Assembly (NCBI GenBank): GCA_034521595.1
Contig: JAXHMG010000003.1
Span: 2,976,001-3,040,000 of the forward strand
From: Gemmatimonadota bacterium
GTDB lineage: Bacteria > Gemmatimonadota > Gemmatimonadetes > Longimicrobiales > Gaopeijiaceae
Length of the DNA: 64,000 nucleotides
Reading direction: 5' to 3'
The notes below the pieces were generated by a model. The model saw nothing but the letters and a program-made list of their open reading frames with translations. It did not search any database and was not told where the DNA came from. Every line of letters starts with the position of its first letter. Position 1 is the stretch's first letter. Shown here piece by piece: positions 18,166 to 27,857 of this stretch. The position numbers were made by a program, and so were the translations under genes.

Positions 18166-19330
18166 CGCGGGACCCCTCACCTGCCGAAAGCCCGACTTCC
18201 GGCTCCGTCCGGGCGCACCGTACCTGAACTGCGCCTACATGGGACCGCTTCCCCGGGTCTCGGAAGAGGCGGGCGTCGGGGCGCTGGCTCGCAAGCGCCA
18301 CCCCACCGACATCACGCCCCCCGACGCCTTCTGGGAGAGCGATCGGGTCCGGGAGCGGTTCGCGGCATTGGTCGGCGTACACGACCCGATGCGCATCGCG
18401 ATCCACCCGGGCGTGTCCTACGGCGTGGCCACGGCCGCCCGGAACATCCCGGTCGAGCCCGGCCAGAACCTCGTGCTCACGCACGAGCAGTTTCCGGGCA
18501 ACGTCTATGCCTGGAGGCGGGTGGCGGCAGAGCGAGAGGCCGAGCTACGTGCGGTCGGGCCGGATGCGCCGGGCTCGCGCGGCGCCCGCTGGAACGAGCG
18601 GCTTCTGGAAGCCATCGACTCGGGCACGGCCGTCGTGGCCGTGCCCCACGTGCACTGGACGGATGGCACCCGCTTCGACCTGGAAGCGATCGGCCGGCGG
18701 TGCCGTGAAGTCGGCGCGGCGCTCGTCGTCGACGGCACGCAATCGGTGGGCGCGTTGCCCTTCGATGTCGCCGCGGTGCGACCCGACGCGCTCGTCTGCG
18801 CGGCGTACAAGTGGCTGCTGGGGCCGTACTCCGTCGCCTTCTCCTACTTCGGTCCCCGCTTCGACGACGGAACGCCGCTCGAGGAGACATGGATCGCCCG
18901 TGAGGACAGCCACGAGTTCCAACGCCTGGTGGAGTATCGTGACGGGTACGCGCCCGGGGCCGTTCGCTACGACGTGGCCGAGCGCTCGAACTTCTTTCTG
19001 CTCCCCATCGCCGAAGCCAGTCTGGATCTGCTGCACACGTGGAAGCCCGAGCGGATACAGGAGTACTGTTCGGCGCTCGTCACCCCGCTCGTCGACGAGG
19101 CCCGCGCGCTCGGGTTCGGCGTCGAGGAGCCGCGTTGGCGTGCGAGCCATCTGTTCGGATTGCGGATGCCTCCGGCCGTCGACCTCGGTGAGCTCCGGGA
19201 CCTGCTGGCCGCGCGGGACATCGCGGTGTCGCTTCGCGGCACCGCGCTCCGCGTCTCGCCGAACGTCTACAACGACGGGGGCGACGTGGAGGCGCTGTTG
19301 GAGGTGCTTCGGGAGGCGACGCGCGGCTGA
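18158..19330 (+). CDS. PLP-dependent aminotransferase class V (cysteine desulfurase/selenocysteine lyase-like)
   Basis: Motifs YLNCAYMGP, VVDGTQSVG, AYKWLLGP (PLP Lys), LRVSPNVYN. Confidence 0.87.
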   Translation: MSDAGPLTCRKPDFRLRPGAPYLNCAYMGPLPRVSEEAGVGALARKRHPTDITPPDAFWESDRVRERFAALVGVHDPMRIAIHPGVSYGVATAARNIPVEPGQNLVLTHEQFPGNVYAWRRVAAEREAELRAVGPDAPGSRGARWNERLLEAIDSGTAVVAVPHVHWTDGTRFDLEAIGRRCREVGAALVVDGTQSVGALPFDVAAVRPDALVCAAYKWLLGPYSVAFSYFGPRFDDGTPLEETWIAREDSHEFQRLVEYRDGYAPGAVRYDVAERSNFFLLPIAEASLDLLHTWKPERIQEYCSALVTPLVDEARALGFGVEEPRWRASHLFGLRMPPAVDLGELRDLLAARDIAVSLRGTALRVSPNVYNDGGDVEALLEVLREATRG

Positions 19331-19386
19331 GGCGCTTTCTCGTGTTTGCGAGCGTGGCCATCCCGGCCAGCTCTACGCAAGAAGAA

Positions 19387-19971
19387 CTACCGCCCCACCC
19401 CCGAGCCGAACACGATCTCGGCCTGGTCCCCCTCACCGATGCCCCGCTCTTCGAACCAGCCCTGGCGCACTTCGAGCGCGAACATCGCGGGCGCGTTGCT
19501 CGGATAGGTCTCGGTCACCATGGGCTCCATCTGCACGATGTCGACGATCCTGTAGGACGGGTCCATGTAGGCGATATCGAGAGGTACGTAGGTGTTGGCC
19601 ATCCAGAAGGCCCGGACGTCGTTGTTCTGGAACACGAAGAGCATGCCGGTGCCGTCCGGAACTTCCTCCCGGTACATGAGGCCCTCCGAGCGTTCTTCCT
19701 CGGTGGCGGCGATCTCGGCCACGACCGTGTCGGCTCCGAAGATCACCCAGGCGCGTCCCGCGGGCGGCCGGCCACCGGCCGCGGGCGTGTCCGGGGCGGC
19801 ATCCGTCCCGGTGGTGGCTTCGGGCTCGTCCGTCGCCACCCGCGCGCCGTCGTTGACGGCGCCGTCGTCAGGCGCGGGACACCCCAGGATGAACGCCAGA
19901 AGCCCGATAACAAGCACCGAATGGTGCGATCGGCGCCTTCGCCCTCGTGTGGACCACTTGCTTTGGGTCAT
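19387..19971 (-). CDS. DUF192 domain lipoprotein
   Basis: Motifs AEIA.T..ER..GLMYR, GMLFVF, FWM.NT..PLDIAY, ALEV..G. Lipobox ILGC. Confidence 0.85.
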   Translation of the reverse strand: MTQSKWSTRGRRRRSHHSVLVIGLLAFILGCPAPDDGAVNDGARVATDEPEATTGTDAAPDTPAAGGRPPAGRAWVIFGADTVVAEIAATEEERSEGLMYREEVPDGTGMLFVFQNNDVRAFWMANTYVPLDIAYMDPSYRIVDIVQMEPMVTETYPSNAPAMFALEVRQGWFEERGIGEGDQAEIVFGSGVGR

Positions 19972-20115
19972 GCTCACCCTCCCATTCGTGTACGGACGTG
20001 TGTAAGTTACGCCGCTTCGTGTCGGTTCCCAGGCCTTCGACTCGGGACCGTACGGTTGGACGAGGACGCGCCGCCGGACGGCTCGGGGTCGGAGATGGAG
20101 TTCGAGTACAGAACG

Positions 20116-20373
20116 ATGGTCGATCAGCAGCTCCTGGACATCCTCGTATGTCCCGAGACGAAGCAAGCCCTCCACATGGCGGACGCCGAGGTCCTCGAGC
20201 GTCTCAACGCGGCGATCCGTGAAGGGTCGGTAGCCGACCGCGGCGGCCGCAAGCTGGACGCGCCGGTGACCGAGGGGCTGATTCGCGAAGCCGGGGACGT
20301 GCTATATCCGATTCGGGACGACATCCCGATCATGCTCGTCGACCAAGCCATTCCACTACCTCAGAAGCCATGA
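20116..20373 (+). CDS. Trm112/YcaR-like protein
   Basis: Motifs LLDILVCPETK and YPIRDDIPIMLVD.A. Stop overlaps the cytochrome c start. Confidence 0.82.
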   Translation: MVDQQLLDILVCPETKQALHMADAEVLERLNAAIREGSVADRGGRKLDAPVTEGLIREAGDVLYPIRDDIPIMLVDQAIPLPQKP

Positions 20374-21011
20374 TGGGACGATTTCGCACCTTCCGCCTTT
20401 CGGCGCTCGCGGCCATGACAGGCGCCTTCGCCGCATGCGACGCCACGCCGCCGCCGGTGGGCATGGAACGGGGTGAGGAGCTCTACGAAACCTGCGTGCC
20501 GTGTCACGGAGAGATGGGTGACGGCAACGTCGACATCGCGGCTCCGACCATTGCCGGGCTCCCACAGTGGTACATCGAACAGCAACTCCTGAGCTTCCAG
20601 GAAGGCTGGCGCGGGGATCACCACGAGGATCTTCCCGGCCTCCGGATGCGGCCCATGGCGGTGTCCCTCACCCGGGACGGTGACATCGAGTCGGTCGCGG
20701 AGTACGTGGCGTCGCTGCCGGCGAACTACCCCGAGAGCACGCTCGACGGGAACGCCGGAGCGGGAGCCGAGCGGTACGAAGTGTGCGTAGCCTGTCACGG
20801 CGACGACGGCCGGGGCGATCAGTCGGTGATGTCGCCGCCCATCGTTCAGATGCACGACTGGTACATGCTGAATCAGATGCGCAACTTCAAGTCGGGCGCG
20901 CGCGGGGCCCACCCCGACGATACGTGGGGACAGACCATGCGCGTGAACACCGTGGCGCTCACGGAACAGGCGATGCGGGACGTGATCGCCTATGTGCAGA
21001 CGCTCAGGTAG
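20370..21011 (+). CDS. Diheme cytochrome c4-like lipoprotein
   Basis: Two CxxCH motifs (CVPCH, CVACH), P.IAG..WY..QL, lipobox FAAC. Confidence 0.87.
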   Translation: MMGRFRTFRLSALAAMTGAFAACDATPPPVGMERGEELYETCVPCHGEMGDGNVDIAAPTIAGLPQWYIEQQLLSFQEGWRGDHHEDLPGLRMRPMAVSLTRDGDIESVAEYVASLPANYPESTLDGNAGAGAERYEVCVACHGDDGRGDQSVMSPPIVQMHDWYMLNQMRNFKSGARGAHPDDTWGQTMRVNTVALTEQAMRDVIAYVQTLR

Positions 21012-21022
21012 CCGGAGACCCC

Positions 21023-21202
21023 ATGACCGACCATTCCATGCCCGAGACGGCTCCCAAGCTCACTCCCGAAGAGGAGGCGGCGTTCGCGCCGCCTTCGGAT
21101 GACGACAACCCGGCGATCGTGGACGCGAAGAAGGCGTTCGTGATCACGATCTGGAGCAGCCTGCTCTTCGTCGGGGTCGTCGTGGTGTTCGTCCTCCTGT
21201 GA
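21023..21202 (+). CDS. Small membrane protein (59 aa, C-terminal TM helix) in oxidase operon
   Basis: GGAG upstream of ATG 21023. Acidic N-terminus and hydrophobic C-terminus. Fills the gap between the cytochrome c and coxB genes. Confidence 0.6.
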   Translation: MTDHSMPETAPKLTPEEEAAFAPPSDDDNPAIVDAKKAFVITIWSSLLFVGVVVVFVLL

Positions 21203-21223
21203 TCCCGACACCCGCCTAGCAGA

Positions 21224-21901
21224 ATGATCGAGCGTTTCGTAGTACAGGCTTCGACCTACGCCAGCAGCATCGACGGCATCATCATGCTCGTCTTCGTGCT
21301 CGTCGGCTTCTGGTTCCTGGTCGCGGAGGGGGTCTTCTTCTGGCTCATCTGGAAGTTTCGGGAGCGTCCGGGGCAGAAGTCCCAGTACCTGACCGGTAAG
21401 GAGAAGCACGTAAAGCGATGGGTGACGATCCCCCACGCGCTCGTCCTCGTCTGCGACGTCTTCATCATCATCGGATCGGTCCGGGTGTGGTACGACGTGA
21501 AGCAGCAACTCCCGGAAGCGGACTCGACCGTCCGCGTCATCGGCCAGCAATGGGCGTGGACCTTCCAACACCCGGGTCCGGACAACACGCTCGACACGAG
21601 CGACGACATCTTCACCGTCGGGGATCTGCACGTCGAGGTCGACAAGACGTACCACTTCCGGCTCGAGTCACGGGACGTGGTGCACTCGTTCTCCGTGCCC
21701 GTGTTCCGGCTCAAGCAGGACGCGGTGCCCGGACGTGCCATCACGGGTTGGTTCCGACCCACGGAGACCGGCGAGTACGACGTCCAGTGCGCGGAGATCT
21801 GCGGCATCGGCCACGGGGTGATGGCCGCGCGCATCCACATCCAAGACGAGAATCAACACGCCGAGTGGGTCGCGGAGAACTCCACCTCCGCGGAACAGTA
21901 G
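21224..21901 (+). CDS. coxB: Heme-copper oxidase subunit II (CuA)
   Basis: Two TM helices, GQQWAW, DVVHSF, CuA motif CAEICGIGHGVM. Confidence 0.92.
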   Translation: MIERFVVQASTYASSIDGIIMLVFVLVGFWFLVAEGVFFWLIWKFRERPGQKSQYLTGKEKHVKRWVTIPHALVLVCDVFIIIGSVRVWYDVKQQLPEADSTVRVIGQQWAWTFQHPGPDNTLDTSDDIFTVGDLHVEVDKTYHFRLESRDVVHSFSVPVFRLKQDAVPGRAITGWFRPTETGEYDVQCAEICGIGHGVMAARIHIQDENQHAEWVAENSTSAEQ

Positions 21902-21915
21902 GCTAGGGGAAGCAG

Positions 21916-23631
21916 ATGGCTGACACCGCTGTCACGATCGAACAGGAACAGCACGAAGCCGGGGAGCACCACGGGCCCAGCGGCATCCTGAAGTACATCT
22001 GGTCCACGGACCACAAGATCATCGGGATGCAGTACATGTTCACGGGCATGTTCATGGCCGTGATCGGCGGCTTCATGGCGTACGTGTTCCGCATGCAGCT
22101 CGCCTTTCCCGGCATCGAGGTGCCGGGCTTCGGGCAGGTCTCACCCGGCGAGTACAACGCGCTGATCACGAACCACGGCTCGATCATGATCTTCTGGGTG
22201 GCGATGCCCGTGCTCATCGCCGCCTTCGGGAATTTCTTGATTCCGCTCATGATCGGCGCGGACGACATGGTGTTCCCGCGCATCAACCGCCTGTCGTATC
22301 AGATCTTCCTGTTGAGCGCGCTGATCTTGCTCGCCTCTCTGTTCGTGGAGGGCGGCGGCTTTGGCGGCGCGTGGACGGCGTACCCGCCGCTCTCGGCGTC
22401 GGGCGACTTCAATCAGACCAACATCGGGGCCACGATGTGGCTCATCGCGGTGGCGTTGGAGTTCGTCGCCTTCCTCCTCGGCGGCATCAACTTCATCGTC
22501 ACACTGATGAACTCGCGAGCGCCCGGGATGAAGGCTTACGACATCCCGCTCACGGCGTGGATGATCGTCGTCGCCAGCGTGCTCTTCATGCTCTCGGTCG
22601 GTCCCCTCATGGCCGGCGCGGTCATGCTCCTGTTCGACCAGACCATCGGCACCGGCTTCTTCGATCCCGCACGGGGCGGGGATCCGATTCTCTGGCAGCA
22701 CCTCTTCTGGTTCTTCGGGCACCCCGAGGTCTACGTGGTGCTCCTGCCGGCCATCGGCTTCGTGATCGACATCACCGCGACCTTCGCCCGGAAGAAGGTC
22801 TTCGGCTACAAGATCATGCTGTACACCGCGGTCGCGACGGCCGTGCTGAGCTTCTTCGTCTGGGCCCACCACCAGTTCGTGGCGGGCATCGACCCCCGCA
22901 TGGGGAACGTCTTCACCATCACGACCCTACTCATCTCCGTGCCCGTCGCGGAGCTGTTGTTCGTGATGATCGCGACACTCTACGGAGGCTCGATCAGGCT
23001 CACGGTGCCCATGCTCTGGGCGCTCGGCTTCATCGCCACGTTCCTCCTGGGCGGCGTGACCGGAATCTTCCTGGGCGCGAGTAGCGCGGACATCTACTTC
23101 CACGACACCTACTTCGTGTTGGCGCACTTCCACTACACGTTCTTCCCGATCGCCATCATCGGGACGTTCGCGGCGTTCACGTACTGGTTCCCGAAGATGT
23201 TCGGGAAGATGCTCGACGAGCGGATCGGCAAGATCCATTTCTGGGGCACCATCATCCCCTTCAACTTCATCTTCATCCCGCTCTTCATGTTGGGCGGGAT
23301 CGGCCAGCATCGCCGCATCTACAACTACCAGCACTTCCCCGACCTGGCCGAGCCGTACATGTACGCGCTTCGCCAGATCGCGACGATCTCGCTGGTGATC
23401 ATGCTCCTCTTCCAGGCATTCTTCTTCTACAACGTGATCAAGTCCTGGATCTCGGGTGAGAAGGCCGGAAAGAATCCGTGGAAGGCGAACACGCTCGAGT
23501 GGACGGCTCCCTCTCCGCCGCCGCACGGCAACTGGCCGCCGGAAGCGCTGCCCAAGGTCTACCGGGGCCCGTACGAGTACGGCCATCCGGATCGCGAAGA
23601 AGACTACTGGCCCCAGAACGAACCAGCCTGA
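21916..23631 (+). CDS. coxA: Heme-copper oxidase subunit I, A1-like, with atypical helix VIII
   Basis: Motifs STDHK.IG, HG, DMVFPRIN, WFFGHPEVY, WAHH, HDTY..AHFHY, RR. Confidence 0.93.
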   Translation: MADTAVTIEQEQHEAGEHHGPSGILKYIWSTDHKIIGMQYMFTGMFMAVIGGFMAYVFRMQLAFPGIEVPGFGQVSPGEYNALITNHGSIMIFWVAMPVLIAAFGNFLIPLMIGADDMVFPRINRLSYQIFLLSALILLASLFVEGGGFGGAWTAYPPLSASGDFNQTNIGATMWLIAVALEFVAFLLGGINFIVTLMNSRAPGMKAYDIPLTAWMIVVASVLFMLSVGPLMAGAVMLLFDQTIGTGFFDPARGGDPILWQHLFWFFGHPEVYVVLLPAIGFVIDITATFARKKVFGYKIMLYTAVATAVLSFFVWAHHQFVAGIDPRMGNVFTITTLLISVPVAELLFVMIATLYGGSIRLTVPMLWALGFIATFLLGGVTGIFLGASSADIYFHDTYFVLAHFHYTFFPIAIIGTFAAFTYWFPKMFGKMLDERIGKIHFWGTIIPFNFIFIPLFMLGGIGQHRRIYNYQHFPDLAEPYMYALRQIATISLVIMLLFQAFFFYNVIKSWISGEKAGKNPWKANTLEWTAPSPPPHGNWPPEALPKVYRGPYEYGHPDREEDYWPQNEPA

Positions 23632-24209
23632 TGTCACACGCCAAGCCTATCGCCACGCTTCGTTCCGCCACGGGCATCCCCACCGGGCGCCTTGCGGTCT
23701 GGTGGGTCCTCGCCTCCGAAGTCGTTATCTTCGGAGGGCTCCTCGGAGCCTACCTGATGCACCGACTCGGGCATCCGGAGTGGGCGGACGCCGCTTCCCA
23801 CACCAACACCATGATTGGCACGATCAACACCTTCGTGCTGCTCACGTCCAGCTTCACCGCGGTCCTCGCGCACCAAGCCGCAGAGCGCGGCGACGGGAAG
23901 AAGGCTGCGAAGTTCCTGCTCCTCACCATCGGCGGCGCGCTCACTTTCGTGGCTGTAAAGAGCTACGAGTGGTGGTACGAGATCAGCAACGGGTACACGA
24001 TCACCGCCAACACCTTCTGGTCGTTCTACTACACGGTGGCGGGCCTGCACGCGCTGCACGTCATCGCCGGCGCTATCATCATGGGCGTGGTGGCGTTGGA
24101 TGCGTTTCGCGGCCGTGAGCTCCAGAGGGTCGAGCTCATCGGTATCTACTGGCACTTCGTCGACGTGGTCTGGATCTTCCTGTTCCCATTGCTCTACATC
24201 GCGAAGTAG
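23631..24209 (+). CDS. coxC: Heme-copper oxidase subunit III (short form)
   Basis: Motifs LASEVVIFGG, NTFVLLTSS, FYY..GLHALHV, YWHFVDVVW. Confidence 0.88.
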   Translation: MSHAKPIATLRSATGIPTGRLAVWWVLASEVVIFGGLLGAYLMHRLGHPEWADAASHTNTMIGTINTFVLLTSSFTAVLAHQAAERGDGKKAAKFLLLTIGGALTFVAVKSYEWWYEISNGYTITANTFWSFYYTVAGLHALHVIAGAIIMGVVALDAFRGRELQRVELIGIYWHFVDVVWIFLFPLLYIAK

Positions 24210-24230
24210 ACCGAGGGTCGAGAGAGATAG

Positions 24231-24899
24231 ATGTCCGAACATCACGATGTGAACTACAAGAAGATCTACTTCACGCTGCTCGGCTTGCTGGTCGTGAGCG
24301 TGATCGGCCCGGAGTTCGGAATTCTCTGGGTCACCCTCGTGACGGCGTTCGGCGTGGCGATCGTCAAGGCGTACCTCGTCATCGAAAACTTCATGCATCT
24401 TCGGTGGGAGAAGAAGCTCATGAAGTGGATGCTGACGTCGTCCCTGGCGGTCATGGCCCTCATGTTCGTTGGCATCTCGCCCGACGTGATGAAGCACGAA
24501 GGGCGGAATTGGGTGAACGAGGCCGCGATCGCGGCGGTGGACAGGGGCATCGGAGGCGCGGCCGAAGAGGAGCCGACGGCCGTCGCCGAGGCCGAAGCCG
24601 AGCCCGGAGAGTTCAGCGCCGCTTCGACGTTCAACCAGGCGTGCGCCGCGTGCCACGGACAGGCAGGCGACGGGAACGGACCGGCGGGCGCCTCGCTCGA
24701 TCCCGCTCCCGCCGACTTCACGGATCCCGAGTTCTGGGCGGCGGAGGACCGCGACGAGGAGCGCATCCTCACGGTCATCCGTGACGGAGCCGCAGCCGTA
24801 GGGGGCTCGCCGCTCATGGTGGCATGGGGCAACAGCTACAACGAAGAGCAACTCCAGGCCCTCACCGACTACGTGATGGAGTTCCAGCCGGAGCAGTGA
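24231..24899 (+). CDS. Oxidase subunit IV-like domain fused to monoheme cytochrome c
   Basis: N-terminal 3-TM region with KA.LV..FMHL.WE, acidic linker, then CAACHG..G.GP and M.AW. Confidence 0.8.
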   Translation: MSEHHDVNYKKIYFTLLGLLVVSVIGPEFGILWVTLVTAFGVAIVKAYLVIENFMHLRWEKKLMKWMLTSSLAVMALMFVGISPDVMKHEGRNWVNEAAIAAVDRGIGGAAEEEPTAVAEAEAEPGEFSAASTFNQACAACHGQAGDGNGPAGASLDPAPADFTDPEFWAAEDRDEERILTVIRDGAAAVGGSPLMVAWGNSYNEEQLQALTDYVMEFQPEQ

Positions 24900-24952
24900 G
24901 TTCGGACCGGTCGGGGTCACGCGCCCCGCCACCGGTCCCACGAGGAGAGAAG

Positions 24953-25555
24953 ATGTCCGCACAGAGCGCCACCGCCGAATTCGATCGACGTCCGGAGCCG
25001 GTTCGAAGGGAGAAGGCCGTTTCCAACGGCGTGCTCGGGATGATCATGTTCATCTTCACCGAGGTCATGTTCTTCTCCGGGCTCATCTCGGCGCACACGA
25101 TCGTGCGCTCCCAGTCGGCCGGACAGATGTGGCCACCGTTCGGTCAGCCGCGGCTCCCGGTCGAGGAGACGGCCGTGAATACGGCCGCGCTCATGGCGAG
25201 CGGCCTCGTGCTCGTGCTTACCTGGCTCGCGTTCCGGCGGGACCCACAGCGGGCGCGCATACCGCTCCTCCTCGCGATCGGTCTGGGTGCCTTTTTCGTG
25301 CTCTTTCAGGGAGCCGAGTGGGTCGCGTTGCTCGGTGAAGGGCTCACCATAAGGTCGAGCACGTACGGCGCCTTTTTCTACCTGATCGTCGGGGCGCACG
25401 GCCTGCACGCGGTGGGGGCGCTCCTCGCCCTGGGCTGGACGTGGACGAGGCTCGACCGCGGCCGGCTTACCGCCGAGCAACTCGCCACCGTGTCCGCGTT
25501 CTGGTATTTTGTAGTACTGGTGTGGCCCGTGTTGTACTGGAGAGTATATCTATGA
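24953..25555 (+). CDS. Second heme-copper oxidase subunit III-like protein
   Basis: RBS GAGGAG. Motifs LGM..FIFTEVMFF.G, NTA.L.ASG, FFY..G.HGLH, WYFVVLVW. Confidence 0.83.
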   Translation: MSAQSATAEFDRRPEPVRREKAVSNGVLGMIMFIFTEVMFFSGLISAHTIVRSQSAGQMWPPFGQPRLPVEETAVNTAALMASGLVLVLTWLAFRRDPQRARIPLLLAIGLGAFFVLFQGAEWVALLGEGLTIRSSTYGAFFYLIVGAHGLHAVGALLALGWTWTRLDRGRLTAEQLATVSAFWYFVVLVWPVLYWRVYL

Positions 25556-25797
25556 GCAAGCTGACACCGATCTTCGCGCTCGCGCTCCTGCTTCTGGCGA
25601 TCTGGCCGGACGTGGCGCAGGCCTGTGCGGTCTGCTTCGACGCCACGGATGAAAACCGTCAGGCCTTCCTGGGCACGACGATCTTCCTGTCGCTCTTCCC
25701 GCTCGGCATGGTGGCGGGCGCCGGGCTCTGGGTGCGGAAGCGGTCGCAGGAGCTTAACGGGGAGGACGGGACCGTCTTCCGCGAGGACGCGGAGTAG
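25552..25797 (+). CDS. Small exported CxxC membrane protein (81 aa)
   Basis: ATGA overlap. Signal peptide ending AQA, then CAVCF and one TM helix. Confidence 0.65.
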   Translation: MSKLTPIFALALLLLAIWPDVAQACAVCFDATDENRQAFLGTTIFLSLFPLGMVAGAGLWVRKRSQELNGEDGTVFREDAE

Positions 25798-25818
25798 GGC
25801 GCACGTTCGGGACGGGAC

Positions 25819-25912
25819 TGGCGCGGAGCGCTCGCCGCCGCGCTGGGGTCGCCTGCCCACCCGCGCCACGCTCTCCGTGACCAACGGCGCTCCGGGCGAG
25901 CGCTCCGCGCCA
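25819..25912. repeat. 18-bp perfect inverted repeat (REP-like or terminator-region hairpin)
   Basis: tggcgcggagcgctcgcc (25819-25836) and ggcgagcgctccgcgcca (25895-25912), downstream of the oxidase operon. Confidence 0.6.
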
Positions 25913-25959
25913 CCTCACGCTCTGCGGGGTCGCTGCTCGAGGCGCCTGGGCCTACCTCC

Positions 25960-26340
25960 ATGACGTCGACCGGAACGAACCCAGACCGGGACGTGCTAGT
26001 CGTTGTTCAGGGCCGGTGAGAAGACGACGATCGGACCTCCAGCGCCGCCGCGTCCATCTGTGGGTGGCCGGAAGTGTGGGCGATCCTCTTGTCGCACGGG
26101 TCCGCGTGTCCCGTGAACCACGACGACGACGCCTCCGATCCCCGCGTCACGAAGATTCGGTGGATAGTGCTCGCCGATCAGGCGCGAGAGCTCCGACCGG
26201 TTGCGGATCTTGGGCGCCACGGTGAACGGGCTGAACGTGGGACGTCGTTCCGCGCCTTGCCGTCACCCCTGGAGCCCGAGCGTTCGGTGGGCGGCGGTGG
26301 AAGCTCGTCCACGGGATAATCCGCGACCGAGGCGATGATG
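25960..26340 (-). pseudogene. Degenerate energy transducer TonB (frameshifted fragments)
   Basis: Fragments in different frames: DELPPPP, APKIRNRSEL.RLI..HYPPNLRDAGIGGVV, TSGHPQMDAAAL, VFSPALNND*HVPVWV. Boundaries approximate. Confidence 0.6.
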
Positions 26341-26530
26341 CCTCCCCATAGAACCGTCGCGTACGTGGCCTTGACCCGAGCTTGCGCGATGGGCTCGTTG
26401 AGGCGCTGCCACTGCCGGGCGAGGCGCCCGCTGCAGTGCGGAGCGGTAACGGAACGGGACGCCCCAAGGGAGCGAAGGGCAGCTGCGCCACCCACTCACC
26501 CGCCCCCACCCCAAAAGCCCACGCCCGCGC

Positions 26531-27823
26531 TCAGCCCGCCCGCTTCCGCTTGTTCCGCAGAAAATCCATCATGATGTGCTGCCCCAACGTCATCGTGCTG
26601 GTGAAGTACGCCTTCCCGCGCGCGATCTCCGAGACTTTCTGGACGAACTGCACCAGGTAGGGGTCCTGGGCCAGCATGAACGTGTTGATGAGGATGTCGG
26701 CCTTTCGGCATGCCCCGACTTCCTGGAAGGTGCGATTCAGGATGTGCGGGTCGAGTCCTCCCGAGTTCGTGTAGACTCGTCCGTCGGGCATCGTCATCGC
26801 GCTCGGCTTCCCGTCGGTGATCATGATGATCTGGCGCATGTCCTTCTTCTGCGCCATCAGGAGCCGCCGCGCCACTTCCAGCCCTTCCGCCGTGTTCGTG
26901 TGGTACGGACCGACCTGGGCCTTCGCGAGGTGCGAGAGCGGGATCTCTTCGGCTCGGTCTCCGAAGGTGACCACCTGGAGGGAGTCGCCCGGAAACTGGG
27001 TCCGGATCATGTGCGACATCGCGAGCGCGACCTTCTTGGCCGGCGCGAACCGATCCTCTCCGTACAGGACCATCGAGTGCGAGATGTCGAGCATCAGCAC
27101 CGTGGCGCAGGACGACCGGTACTCGGCCTGGTGCACCATGAGATCCCCGTAGTCGAGGTCGAGCGGCACCTCGAGGCCTTCGCGCGCGATCGCGTTCTTG
27201 AGCGTGGCGGGGATGTCGAGGTTCATGGTGTCGCCGAACTCGTAGGGACGGGACGCCGCCTCGGCCTCGATTCCCGTCGACAGGTGCGGCGTGTCGTGCT
27301 GGCCCGCGCTCGACTTCCCGATCGCCGACATCAGCTCTTTGAGGGAGCTGTGGCCCAGGAAGTCCATGCCCTTGCGGGTCAGGTTGAACTGGACGTTCTG
27401 CGCGGCCTCCTTGGCCTCGTCGATCTGGCCCTGGCCCGTGACATCGTACGTTTGACCGGGCATTTGGGGATTGCCCGTCTCCAGGTCGATGTAGCCTTCC
27501 TCGACCATCCGCTCCACGAGCTGGTCCAGAAGGTCGGCGATCTCCTTCTGGACGTCGGCGTCACCCTCGCCCTCTCCCCGGAGCTCGTCGATCATCTCAT
27601 CGGTGAGCTGCCCGCTCTCCATCAGGGCCTTCAGGAGCGCGTCCTTCAGAGAGTCGGTGGAGCTGGTGTCCTCCGTGCCCGACCAGCCCCAGAAGGGATG
27701 GAAGTGGGGCCCCCCGGCGAAGCCTCCGTCCATGAGGAAATCGGAGAGATGCTCGAGGAGCGACTCGAGGTTCAGGGCGTCGAGCCAGCGGCCCTTGTAC
27801 TTGGAGTACGTCGTGAAGCGCAT
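26531..27823 (-). CDS. vWA domain protein (partner type of chelatase-like AAA ATPase)
   Basis: MIDAS motif DISHS, plus TNT..GL, IMITDGKP, RPYEFGD..NLD..T. Confidence 0.85.
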   Translation of the reverse strand: MRFTTYSKYKGRWLDALNLESLLEHLSDFLMDGGFAGGPHFHPFWGWSGTEDTSSTDSLKDALLKALMESGQLTDEMIDELRGEGEGDADVQKEIADLLDQLVERMVEEGYIDLETGNPQMPGQTYDVTGQGQIDEAKEAAQNVQFNLTRKGMDFLGHSSLKELMSAIGKSSAGQHDTPHLSTGIEAEAASRPYEFGDTMNLDIPATLKNAIAREGLEVPLDLDYGDLMVHQAEYRSSCATVLMLDISHSMVLYGEDRFAPAKKVALAMSHMIRTQFPGDSLQVVTFGDRAEEIPLSHLAKAQVGPYHTNTAEGLEVARRLLMAQKKDMRQIIMITDGKPSAMTMPDGRVYTNSGGLDPHILNRTFQEVGACRKADILINTFMLAQDPYLVQFVQKVSEIARGKAYFTSTMTLGQHIMMDFLRNKRKRAG

Positions 27824-27857
27824 GACACCATGCTACGTCTGTGGGTACCTTGCCATC

